Below are positions 39,304-48,221 of a stretch of 64,000 nt of DNA, one piece after another. Origin of the DNA: Promethearchaeia archaeon (GTDB lineage: Archaea > Asgardarchaeota > Lokiarchaeia > Sigyniarchaeales > SOKP01). A program made the position numbers and the translations under genes. The notes below the pieces were generated by a model. It ran no database searches. It had not been told where the DNA came from and saw only the letters and a program-made list of their open reading frames with translations. How positions within the stretch are numbered: position 1 is the first letter of the stretch; every line of letters starts with the position of its first letter. The DNA is taken from contig JAWOCD010000090.1 in assembly GCA_046483985.1 (NCBI GenBank), forward strand, positions 58,294-122,293, given 5' to 3'.

Positions 39304-42300
39304 TGGAAGGGGCTGTGCTCGTTATTGGAGGAGGAATAGCAGGAATACAAGCTTCATTGGATTTGACTGAACTGGGTTTTAAAGTATATTTAGTAGAAAA
39401 ATCCCCCTCTATTGGGGGTCGAATGGCACAGTTAGATAAGACATTCCCCACTTTAGACTGTTCCTTATGTATCCTCGCTCCGAAAATGGTAGAGGTCTAC
39501 CGGAATCCTAATATCGAGTTATTGGCGTATCATGAAGTTAAAAAGGTAAAAGGAAAAGTGGGTAATTTCAAGGTAACCGTTCTTAAAAAACCGCGATATG
39601 TGGACGAATCTAAATGCAAGGGTTGTGGAGATTGCGCAAAAAAATGCCCAAAGATAGAAGTACCTAATATTTTTGATATGAACTTAGGTAAGAGAAAATC
39701 GATTTATATACCTTTTCCTCAAGCCGTTCCTCCGGTCTATTTGATTGACCCGGAACTCTGCTTAAAATTAACTAAGGATGTCTGTGGCGTTTGCAGTAAG
39801 GTTTGTAAGGCAGATGCAATCGATTATGATCAAAAACTTGAAGAATTTGACATTAACGTGGGGGCAATAATAGTTGCTACTGGCTTTGATATGTATGGGG
39901 AGGAACTTAGCTCAAGATGGGGCTATCAGTTTGAAAACGTGCTCAATGGGCTTGAATATGAGAGGATGTTATGTGCTTCTGGCCCGTTTGGGGGTCATGT
40001 ACTCAGACCGAGCGATGAAAAAGAGCCAGAAACGATAGCTTTCATCCAATGTGCCGGATCAAGGGATTTGCACGAGGGCGTTCCCTATTGTTCCAGTGTA
40101 TGTTGTACTTATATAGCCAAAGAAGCAATTATTACGTCTGAACATGCCGCAGAAACAAGCTGTTATATTTTCCATCATGATATTCGTGCTTATGGAAAGA
40201 ATTTTTATGAGTTCACCCAAAGGGCGAAAAATGAATATGGGGTCAATTACATCTCCACAAAAATTAATAAAATAAGGGAAGACCCCGAAACTGAAGATCT
40301 ATTGATTCAATTCGAGAATTTAAAAAATGGAACATTTGATACATTTCGAGCCAATTTAGTGGTATTGGCCACTCCCTTGGTTCCTTCGAAGGGAACGAGA
40401 CAATTAGCTGAGATATTAGATGTAGAATTGGATGAATATGGCTTTTTTAAAGAAAAGAGTTATTTTCAGAAAACATTGTCCTCGAGACAGGGAATTTTTC
40501 TTTGCGGTTTCTGTCAAGGACCAATGGATATTCCAGAAACGGTTGCCAATGCAAGCGGAGTCGCAGCAGAAGTTGGCTCCCTATTAGCCCCCGAGAGATT
40601 TTCCCAAATAAAAGAAAAAGAGATAGAGACTCCCGAAAAGATTGTAAAAGTTACTGATACCCCTCGTATTGGTGTCTTGATCTGTCATTGTGGGATAAAT
40701 ATTGGTAAATATGTGAATGTACCTGAAGTAGTGGATTACATCCAGCAATTACCAAGTGTGGTCCAATGTGAGTCAAACATGTATTCTTGTTCTAGTGATT
40801 CCCAAAGTCGTATTAAAGAATTGATAAAAGAAAATGATTTGAATAGATTTATTGTTGCTTCATGTAGCCCTAGAACCCATGAATCTTTATTTCAAGAAAC
40901 GTGTCAAGAAGCGGGACTGAATAAATACTTATTTGAAATGGTAAATATAAGAGATCAATGCTCTTGGGTTCACATGAATGATATTACTGCCGCCACCCAA
41001 AAGGCAAAGGATTTAGTCAAGATGGCTGTTGCCAAAGCAAGATTATTGAAGCCGCAGAAAGAAGAAACCTTGACTATTACCCCTGCTGCTTTGGTAATTG
41101 GAGGAGGTATTTCGGGGCTCACCGTTGCACTAAATGTAGCCAATCAAGGATATCAAGTTTATCTGGTAGAAAAAGAGGAAGAACTGGGTGGTAATCTAAA
41201 GCACTTACATCACTTATATCCTCATAATACAGACGCTTCAGAGTATTTGGACACGGTTCTTAAAAAAGTATCTGAGAAAGACGAAATTAAACTGATGCTT
41301 GATTGTTATATTGAAGAGATCAAGGGCTATTTAGGAAACTATGAGGTTTCAGTGGCTATATCAAATAAGAAAAAGGAGACTTTTAATGTTGGCACTATTA
41401 TTGTCGCGACTGGGGCCAAAGAGTTTAAGCCGGAAGAGATATTCCACTATGATGGGCAAACTGTGATTACTCAAATGGAGTTAGAAGAAAAACTGAAAGA
41501 TAACCCCACTACATGCTTAAAATCGGTAAATCGAATTACTATGATCTTATGCGTTAATGCCCGACAGAAAGAAGGCAATGGTATAACCTACTGTTCAAAT
41601 GTATGTTGTGCGGTTGCGATAAAAAATATTGAACTTCTTAAGAAATTAAAGCCTGATCTTGAAATTGTTGTATTATATCGAGACATTCAGATGGCTAAGA
41701 AAGAATTTGAGAACTATTATCGGGAGCGACGAAAACATGCAATGTTTATCAAATATAACTTAGATAATATGCCATCAATAACTAAAATTGATGGAAAGCA
41801 CGACATGTTTCAAATAAAGGTTGAAGATAATAACTTACAGGATGAAATAACTTATACCTCTGATTTAATTATTTTATCCACTCCCTTAGTTCCTGCTGAT
41901 AATATGGATGAACTGGCAAAAATGTTAAAAGTCCCCTTAGATAGTTCTGGATTTTTCCTGGAGGCTCATGTGAAATTGAGACCTTTAGATTTTGCAACAG
42001 ATGGCATCTTTTTATGCGGATGCGCACATTGGCCAAAAAATATTCAAGATTCTATTGCTCAAGCAGATGGGGCGGCAGGAAGGGCATGTCGATTTTTGAG
42101 TGCTGGTGAAATTACTACCTCAGGATTGATTGCTGAAGTTGATAAAATCTTATGCATTGGATGTGGAAAATGTGAGGAGGTTTGTCCATACAATGCGGTA
42201 AAATTAAGAGAAATTTCAAGCGACTTTGAAGAAATAAGTATTTTGATAGAGAAATCTGAAATAAATTCTGCATTATGTAAAGGATGCGGAACTTGTGCTG

Positions 42301-42434
42301 CTACTTGTCCTGTAGGAGCGATTTCCGTAAAACATTACGATTTTGACCAAATTAATGCTATGATAGATACCTATTTAACCGAAAAAATACCCACAGAGGG
42401 AGGAGAAGATGTCCAAATCGAAAAAACAACCTAA
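39303..42434 (+). CDS. hdrA: Large HdrA-family flavoprotein with two FAD domains, all-cysteine form
   Basis: Two GGGIxG FAD motifs, IGGRMAQLDKTFPTLDC, internal RIGVLICHCG domain, EAHVKLRP, C-terminal ferredoxin. Confidence 0.93.
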   Translation: MEGAVLVIGGGIAGIQASLDLTELGFKVYLVEKSPSIGGRMAQLDKTFPTLDCSLCILAPKMVEVYRNPNIELLAYHEVKKVKGKVGNFKVTVLKKPRYVDESKCKGCGDCAKKCPKIEVPNIFDMNLGKRKSIYIPFPQAVPPVYLIDPELCLKLTKDVCGVCSKVCKADAIDYDQKLEEFDINVGAIIVATGFDMYGEELSSRWGYQFENVLNGLEYERMLCASGPFGGHVLRPSDEKEPETIAFIQCAGSRDLHEGVPYCSSVCCTYIAKEAIITSEHAAETSCYIFHHDIRAYGKNFYEFTQRAKNEYGVNYISTKINKIREDPETEDLLIQFENLKNGTFDTFRANLVVLATPLVPSKGTRQLAEILDVELDEYGFFKEKSYFQKTLSSRQGIFLCGFCQGPMDIPETVANASGVAAEVGSLLAPERFSQIKEKEIETPEKIVKVTDTPRIGVLICHCGINIGKYVNVPEVVDYIQQLPSVVQCESNMYSCSSDSQSRIKELIKENDLNRFIVASCSPRTHESLFQETCQEAGLNKYLFEMVNIRDQCSWVHMNDITAATQKAKDLVKMAVAKARLLKPQKEETLTITPAALVIGGGISGLTVALNVANQGYQVYLVEKEEELGGNLKHLHHLYPHNTDASEYLDTVLKKVSEKDEIKLMLDCYIEEIKGYLGNYEVSVAISNKKKETFNVGTIIVATGAKEFKPEEIFHYDGQTVITQMELEEKLKDNPTTCLKSVNRITMILCVNARQKEGNGITYCSNVCCAVAIKNIELLKKLKPDLEIVVLYRDIQMAKKEFENYYRERRKHAMFIKYNLDNMPSITKIDGKHDMFQIKVEDNNLQDEITYTSDLIILSTPLVPADNMDELAKMLKVPLDSSGFFLEAHVKLRPLDFATDGIFLCGCAHWPKNIQDSIAQADGAAGRACRFLSAGEITTSGLIAEVDKILCIGCGKCEEVCPYNAVKLREISSDFEEISILIEKSEINSALCKGCGTCAATCPVGAISVKHYDFDQINAMIDTYLTEKIPTEGGEDVQIEKTT

Positions 42435-42849
42435 ATCCAAAGAGGCATTCAATCCCGAGATCTTAGTCTTTTGCTGTAATTGGTGTAGCTATGCTGGAGC
42501 AGATTTAGCAGGAGTTTCACGCTTTCAGTATCCGCCTAATATCAGAATTATCCGGGTGATGTGCTCGGGAAGAGTTGATCCCTCATTTATTATAAGAGGT
42601 TTGAGAGAGGGTGCCGATGGTGTCTTAATTACGGGATGCCATATAGGCGATTGTCATTATATTTCGGGAAATGAGCACGCAAGAGACAGATTCACACGCT
42701 TATATGAAATCATTATCAAACAATTAGGTATAGACAAGAAAAGAGTTCGACTGGAATGGATTAGTGCTTCTGAAGGAAAACGTTTTGCCGTATTAATTAC
42801 AGAATTCACAGACCAAATTAAAGAGTTAGGTCCCTTTTTGGGAAAGTAG
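42409..42849 (+). CDS. mvhD: MvhD [2Fe-2S] subunit, cysteine form
   Basis: FCCNWCSYAGADLAG, MCSGRVDP, GADGVLITGCHIGDCHY, WISASEG. Confidence 0.96.
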   Translation: MSKSKKQPKSKEAFNPEILVFCCNWCSYAGADLAGVSRFQYPPNIRIIRVMCSGRVDPSFIIRGLREGADGVLITGCHIGDCHYISGNEHARDRFTRLYEIIIKQLGIDKKRVRLEWISASEGKRFAVLITEFTDQIKELGPFLGK

Positions 42850-42956
42850 CTTTTTAGTGAATTCCTCGTGAGTCAAACCTTAAAAAAAGTAATTTTTTTA
42901 GACTAATCCTTTTATTAGATTAAACCTAAATACAATTAATAGAAATCAATTAAGGT

Positions 42957-43691
42957 ATGGATGATATAATGGAAAAGACTATTCGACAAAAAATTCATAA
43001 TCTGAGAAAAAAATTTCATGAGAAAATTACCGATTTTTCGCTCGTGAAAAAGGCCATCATCGCCGTTATTCCGGGTTATTTGGGTTTATTAATACTTGGA
43101 GTAATTATCGCGTTTCTGTTTGGAGGGACGAGTCAAGGACCTGGGGAGTATTATATCTGGACGAATTGGATCTCGGATTTAGGGGGATCTCCATATACGC
43201 CAGCTCCTTTTCTGTACGATATCGCGTGTATATTAGCTGGTATTTTAACTATCCCGTTGACGTTTTATTTGGAAGCCAAATTTGCTCCTCTCCCAAAAGA
43301 TTCTAATGATCTTATCAATTGCTCTCGCTTGAGATATCGGCTGGCAAGTTACGCCTTTTTATTTAGTCTTATTGGAAATGTTGGCTATATGGGGGTGGGC
43401 ATTTTTTCTGAAGATAGGAATTTTTTTAATCTCCACGTTTTTACATCCAGTTTAGCATTTGGAGGGTTCACGTTTGCTGCATTTTTCTTTGGTCTCATGG
43501 TAATTTTATATATCAGAGATATTCCCAATTGGCTAGGACTATATGGCGTTATTGGTCCCATGACGGTTATCATTTTGTTCGGGATTTTTGGTGGCCCTCT
43601 GTTTGAGTGGCTGCTGCTTTTTTCAATTTTAGCGTGGATCATCCCGCTTTCTATCTACATCATGAGAAATGAGGAACAAACAAGTAAATAA
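42957..43691 (+). CDS. DUF998-like multi-pass membrane protein
   Basis: NWISDLG, GVGIFSED...LH, PLFEW motifs; about six TM helices. Confidence 0.7.
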   Translation: MDDIMEKTIRQKIHNLRKKFHEKITDFSLVKKAIIAVIPGYLGLLILGVIIAFLFGGTSQGPGEYYIWTNWISDLGGSPYTPAPFLYDIACILAGILTIPLTFYLEAKFAPLPKDSNDLINCSRLRYRLASYAFLFSLIGNVGYMGVGIFSEDRNFFNLHVFTSSLAFGGFTFAAFFFGLMVILYIRDIPNWLGLYGVIGPMTVIILFGIFGGPLFEWLLLFSILAWIIPLSIYIMRNEEQTSK

Positions 43692-43729
43692 AAATAAAAA
43701 AAAAATTCATACTTTTTTCTATTTCTTTT

Positions 43730-43978
43730 TTATAGGTTCTGATTTTCTTCCTTCAGCTTCTTTAATGCCTCATGAATCGGCAAATGCTTATATTGATAGG
43801 CAGCATCGTAATGTTTTTCACAAAACCAGTCTGCATACGGAGGATGCCCAATTTTTCCCTCACGTTTCATCTCTTTTTCCCATTCAATATCGGTGGGTCT
43901 TTTCTTGAAATGGATGAGACCTCCATTTTCCATATCCTTTAACCGTTTTTGACAAATACGACAAATTGGGGGCTTCAT
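43730..43978 (-). CDS. Small putative zinc-binding protein
   Basis: MKPPICRIC...GHPP...WFCEKH; start re-assigned to ATG 43978 because the longer ORF begins inside the IS remnant. Confidence 0.75.
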   Translation of the reverse strand: MKPPICRICQKRLKDMENGGLIHFKKRPTDIEWEKEMKREGKIGHPPYADWFCEKHYDAAYQYKHLPIHEALKKLKEENQNL

Positions 43979-43984
43979 TTTTAC

Positions 43985-44151
43985 CACTAGAGAGCGAGAA
44001 AGCACCGTCCTTTAGGGCGGTGAAGAATCGCACATACATTTATAAATAATAGTGACTGTTATTTAGATATTAAACAAAGACATTATATCCTTATTAAATT
44101 ATCTTAATTCAATTATCTTGACTCAATTAACCAAAGAGTCCCATAGGACAT
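43985..44151 (+). mobile_element. IS200/IS605-family left-end remnant (copy 2)
   Basis: TTAC|CACTAGAG, AAAG, hairpin CACCGTCCTTTAGGGCGGTG; collinear with 3131-3281 plus an internal ~14-bp duplication (AATTATCTTAATTC/AATTATCTTGACTC). Confidence 0.75.
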
Positions 44152-44164
44152 ATTCTCTCATATA

Positions 44165-45586
44165 TCATTTAGACTTCGTAGTTAAATTCTCTTCTTTTAA
44201 CATATTTTGCTTTTTTTGTTCATGTAATTTATCTATTTTTTCCTTTATCTCAAAATAGCGTTCCTTTGTAATGGGAAAGCCCAGCATGGATAGGATTCCA
44301 ATTCCGAGGAAAATGGAGGGAAAAATACACATTAAGGCCCTTAACCCAAAAATTGTGTTCTCAGTGATATCCTCTGGGACAAATACTTTCCAACCGACAC
44401 TATTGAATACCAGATTTATGGTTAAGATAATTCCAATGGTCGCTAGACGAATGACTAATGCGTTTATTCCCATGTAACCGCCTTCTCTCCGCACACCGGT
44501 TTTTAATTCATCTTCGTCGATAATGGCCGATATTGTAACTGCGCGAAAAAATAATGCTCCCGCTAATCCTAAACCGGTTAATGCATAGGCAAAAATTGCT
44601 CCCATAAAAGTAGATATAAACATGAATGGTATAAGCGTAATAATAAGGGACAACATTGCCAAGATGTGACCAATTCTGACCCCAAATTTGATGGTTACCT
44701 TATTCCAGATTATCATACATCCGCCGGCCGAAATGAAGGTCAATCCTAACAGAAGGGACAATATGGTAGAATCCTCAATTTGAAGTACGAACCGCCCATA
44801 TAACGGAGACATCATTGGCAGCATGCCGAACATATAAAAAACAGCAAAGTTTGCAATGACATATCGCCGGAAAGATTTATTTTTAGCAGAGGTCTTTAAC
44901 GATTCTATAAAAGAAGGGGCTATTTCGGAATCCTTTGAATATTCCTTCCTCTCTTTCAGTCCGTATTTTATAAATATAAAGGCTGAAACTGCGGTTACTA
45001 TTGCCATAAATAAGCCTGCCACCGCGTAATTTACTTGATATTGGGGGTTGTTATAATCAGGGATAAAAAAGCTTGGTGTGATAAATGCAAAGATTAGGGC
45101 AACAATTCCCACGACTTGAATAATATTATTAGCCCTTGCTCTTTGGTTCACATTGGGATACATTTCTGGAAACAGAGACACTTGATTGAGACTAAACATT
45201 GTATAAAAGAGGTCAAAAAGTAAGATCATGATCATCATGTAGATAAACGCCGCGAGTTCACCTGCTGGAGGAGTCCATAGGAGGAATAAAATTATACACA
45301 TGGGCCCTACACCTAATAAAATCCACGGCTTTCTTTTTCCTATTTTTGTGCTGGTCTTGTCAGAGAGCGTGCCCAAAATTGGGTCATTTATCGCATTCCA
45401 GATTGACCAGATGATAAATGCAAGTGTGATCCAATTCACATTTAAGCCGACGATCACGAAATAAAATGTAAAGAGCAGAAAGGAAAAGAATTGCGAAGCG
45501 GTGATGTCGGCAAAATTGGCAAAGCTATAAGCAACAGCGGTTTTGGTTGAAAACTCTTTATCTTCTTTATCTTTATTTTTCATCAT
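44165..45586 (-). CDS. MFS glycoside-pentoside-hexuronide (MelB/GPH) transporter
   Basis: WNAINDPILGTLSD, GKRKPW, IIDEDELKTGVRREG; about 12 TM. Confidence 0.92.
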   Translation of the reverse strand: MMKNKDKEDKEFSTKTAVAYSFANFADITASQFFSFLLFTFYFVIVGLNVNWITLAFIIWSIWNAINDPILGTLSDKTSTKIGKRKPWILLGVGPMCIILFLLWTPPAGELAAFIYMMIMILLFDLFYTMFSLNQVSLFPEMYPNVNQRARANNIIQVVGIVALIFAFITPSFFIPDYNNPQYQVNYAVAGLFMAIVTAVSAFIFIKYGLKERKEYSKDSEIAPSFIESLKTSAKNKSFRRYVIANFAVFYMFGMLPMMSPLYGRFVLQIEDSTILSLLLGLTFISAGGCMIIWNKVTIKFGVRIGHILAMLSLIITLIPFMFISTFMGAIFAYALTGLGLAGALFFRAVTISAIIDEDELKTGVRREGGYMGINALVIRLATIGIILTINLVFNSVGWKVFVPEDITENTIFGLRALMCIFPSIFLGIGILSMLGFPITKERYFEIKEKIDKLHEQKKQNMLKEENLTTKSK

Positions 45587-46120
45587 TTAGACCCAGATTA
45601 TATATACAATTATTCTTAATATACTTAAAGAATATATTGCTTTTTTTTCTTTTTTATTTTCCCTAAATCCACCAGAGGCCAAAAACAAATTATCGGAAAA
45701 TAATATATCCCCTCTCCCCTAAGGCTTGTAGTCATTTTTCGATTGACGCCAGAAATCCCGTTAACGGATTACCATCCATCATGAGTTTATCTAAGCTTAT
45801 AAGGGTTTTTAGCGATTCGGGGGCGATTCGTTGGTTGATTTAAGGTAAGTTTAAATACCTCACTCACATTAGTAAGGGGCTAAATCGATTATGGAAGGGC
45901 GGTTAAGTTATTATCCTCCAAATTGAGAGGTTCTAAATTGATAAGGGAACATAGAGATTCAAGAAGAGTGTTATAAAAATGATTCTGTTGGTTTTTATGC
46001 CTCTCTTTTAAATTTCAGTTTTGTTAACATGGTTTCACAGAATTAGAGAACCTTCTGAAAGTAAGAAGTTTATTGAAAAATCCTATTCATACGTTAAAAT
46101 GTACAATCTTTACAAAGGGG

Positions 46121-46351
46121 TTAATAAGGCGTTAAAAAGGTATATTTTGTGAGGTTAAATTTTTCCACCTTTAAATCTGGTATGTCTGTTTTATTATGTT
46201 GCCCTACAATTAATGGATGTTTAATCACTATTTTAAGATCTTCAACATATAAATTATCAAAGAAAACATGGTGTCTCTTATCAAAGTCAATAAATTTTTT
46301 GAACTTCTCTTGTTCAGGAGTTCCGTTCTTTTTAGTTTTTAATTCTAACAT
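46121..46351 (-). CDS. Small hypothetical ORF or gene fragment
   Basis: 76-aa ORF; an ATG two codons upstream follows a GGAG SD-like sequence; lies in a 1.2-kb otherwise non-coding gap. Confidence 0.35.
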   Translation of the reverse strand: MLELKTKKNGTPEQEKFKKFIDFDKRHHVFFDNLYVEDLKIVIKHPLIVGQHNKTDIPDLKVEKFNLTKYTFLTPY

Positions 46352-46781
46352 TATGAATTTCTCCTTTTTTTGCTTATTTTATTATACGATTCTCAATGTC
46401 AAAATGGATAAATAAAGGCTATTATTATATTCTATAAATTTTGTCATGCAAGTCTAAAAGTCAACATTTGGATTCCTTTCCTATATCTTGACATCGCATA
46501 CAGACATTTACTATTCGTTTTTCGATAATGTTTAAAAAACCATAGAATAAAGGAATTATTTCAGTTCATTTTACCAGCGCTTTCTAAAGCCTTATTATTA
46601 CTGTATCAAGTGGCATATCCATATTAAACATAGAATATTCTGAATAGTAAAATGTACAATTAGGTAAGAATCTTGCCATTCTGTAATTCTAAAAAAAAAT
46701 CTGCAATTCTAAAAAATTTAAAATTATCTTAAATAAAAGAAGATATAAAGTATTAAACGATTAAAAATAGGATTTTAAAAT

Positions 46782-47957
46782 ATGACTCAAGATTCCTTTT
46801 TACAAAAGATTGTTTGTACCAATTGCAATGCGGATTATAATGCTGATGAAATCCATAATGTATGTAGATCATGTGGGAAAGTTTTATTCCCTAAGTATAA
46901 TATCGAAAAAGCGAAAGAATATCTCTCTAAGGATCAAATCCAGCAAAAAAAAGTGTACAATATCTGGCGTTTAAATGAATTAATGCCTGTAAGGGAACCG
47001 AAGTTTCGAATATCACTTGGAGAAGGGTGGACACCGCTTGTTAAACTCGATAATTATGGCAGTGCTTTCGGGTTAAAAAACTTATATTTGAAAGATGAGG
47101 GACAGAACCCCACTGGTACGTTTAAAAGTCGTGGTCTTTGTTCTGCAGTTTCAAGAGGAAGAGAATTAGGAATACAAGACTTTGTCATCCCAAGCGCTGG
47201 TAATGCTGGAGCGGCATTATCTTCTTATACAGCTCATGCAGGTGTTAATTCTCATATCTTTGCACCTGAAGATGCGCCTGAGTTTATTCGAAAGGAAATA
47301 GAGGTAATGGGGGGAGACCTTGTATTAGTTGATGGGTTAATCGATCACGCAGGAGAAAAAGCAAAGACCGCTGAAAAAGAGAACGGATGGTTTTCTGTTT
47401 CTACTCTAAAAGAACCTTATCGGGTGGAAGGCAAAAAGACGATGGGGTTTGAATTGGCTGAGCAATTGGATTGGACATTACCAGATGTTATTATCTATCC
47501 GACTGGTGGGGGAACGGGAATCATAGGCATGTGGAAAGCCTTTTCAGAGCTAGAGGAACTTGGATTAATTGGTAGTAAAAGACCTCGTATGGTTTCTGTC
47601 CAACCAGAAGGATGCCAACCAATTGTACGAGCATTTGAGCAAGGAAAAAAATTTGCTGCCAAATGGGAAGATGCTCATTCTTTTGCTGGAGGAATACGGG
47701 TCCCTTCAGCGATTGGGGATTATTTAATCCTTCAAGCCTTAAGAGAATCCGATGGAACCGCTATTGCTGTTCCCGATTCTGACATTAAAACAGCAATGTA
47801 CGAGTTAGCCAAACAAGAAGGAGTCATGTTATGCCCTGAAGCAGCCGCAACGGTTGATGCAGCAAAAAAATTACTTAAAAAAGGGTTCTTAGATAAAGAT
47901 GAGAAAATTGTCTTATTTGGGACTGGCTCTGGACTAATTACCCCCAATGAGTGGTAA
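46782..47957 (+). CDS. thrC: Threonine synthase (PLP fold II)
   Basis: SLGEGWTPL, KDEGQNPTGTFKSRG (PLP Lys), SAGNAG, RVEGKKT, PTGGGTG. Confidence 0.9.
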   Translation: MTQDSFLQKIVCTNCNADYNADEIHNVCRSCGKVLFPKYNIEKAKEYLSKDQIQQKKVYNIWRLNELMPVREPKFRISLGEGWTPLVKLDNYGSAFGLKNLYLKDEGQNPTGTFKSRGLCSAVSRGRELGIQDFVIPSAGNAGAALSSYTAHAGVNSHIFAPEDAPEFIRKEIEVMGGDLVLVDGLIDHAGEKAKTAEKENGWFSVSTLKEPYRVEGKKTMGFELAEQLDWTLPDVIIYPTGGGTGIIGMWKAFSELEELGLIGSKRPRMVSVQPEGCQPIVRAFEQGKKFAAKWEDAHSFAGGIRVPSAIGDYLILQALRESDGTAIAVPDSDIKTAMYELAKQEGVMLCPEAAATVDAAKKLLKKGFLDKDEKIVLFGTGSGLITPNEW

Positions 47958-47993
47958 TTTAAAATATAAATATTATTTTTTTTGTATCGTGTT

Positions 47994-48182
47994 GGCGTTT
48001 ATTTTTTTAGTCGTATTAAAACCGATAAAGCATTAGAAGATGTCAACAAAAGAAGAATCGCAATCTGATTAGACACTCTTCCCAAAGATCAACGTAAACA
48101 CTTCGAAATTGAAGGGAAAAAAAGGGTGCACTATGCCACGCTCCTAAAGTTAATTACCGGTTTCATGAAATTAACCCAATAA
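47994..48182 (+). pseudogene. Possible DDE transposase fragment
   Basis: Start-less frame GVYFFSRIKTDKALEDVNKRRIAI*LDTLPKDQRKHFEIEGKKRVHYATLLKLITGF with internal TGA at 48066; loosely resembles the 'G..FvsRlK' segment of IS4/IS701-type transposases. Confidence 0.35.
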
Positions 48183-48221
48183 CAAGAGGAAAAGTAATAT
48201 TGTTGCCGCTCGTTTACCTTT

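Noticed and set aside
48066-48068. In-frame TGA in the 47994-48182 frame as selenocysteine
   Set aside because: No start codon, no redox motif and no SECIS nearby; more likely a decayed Trp codon in a gene fragment.
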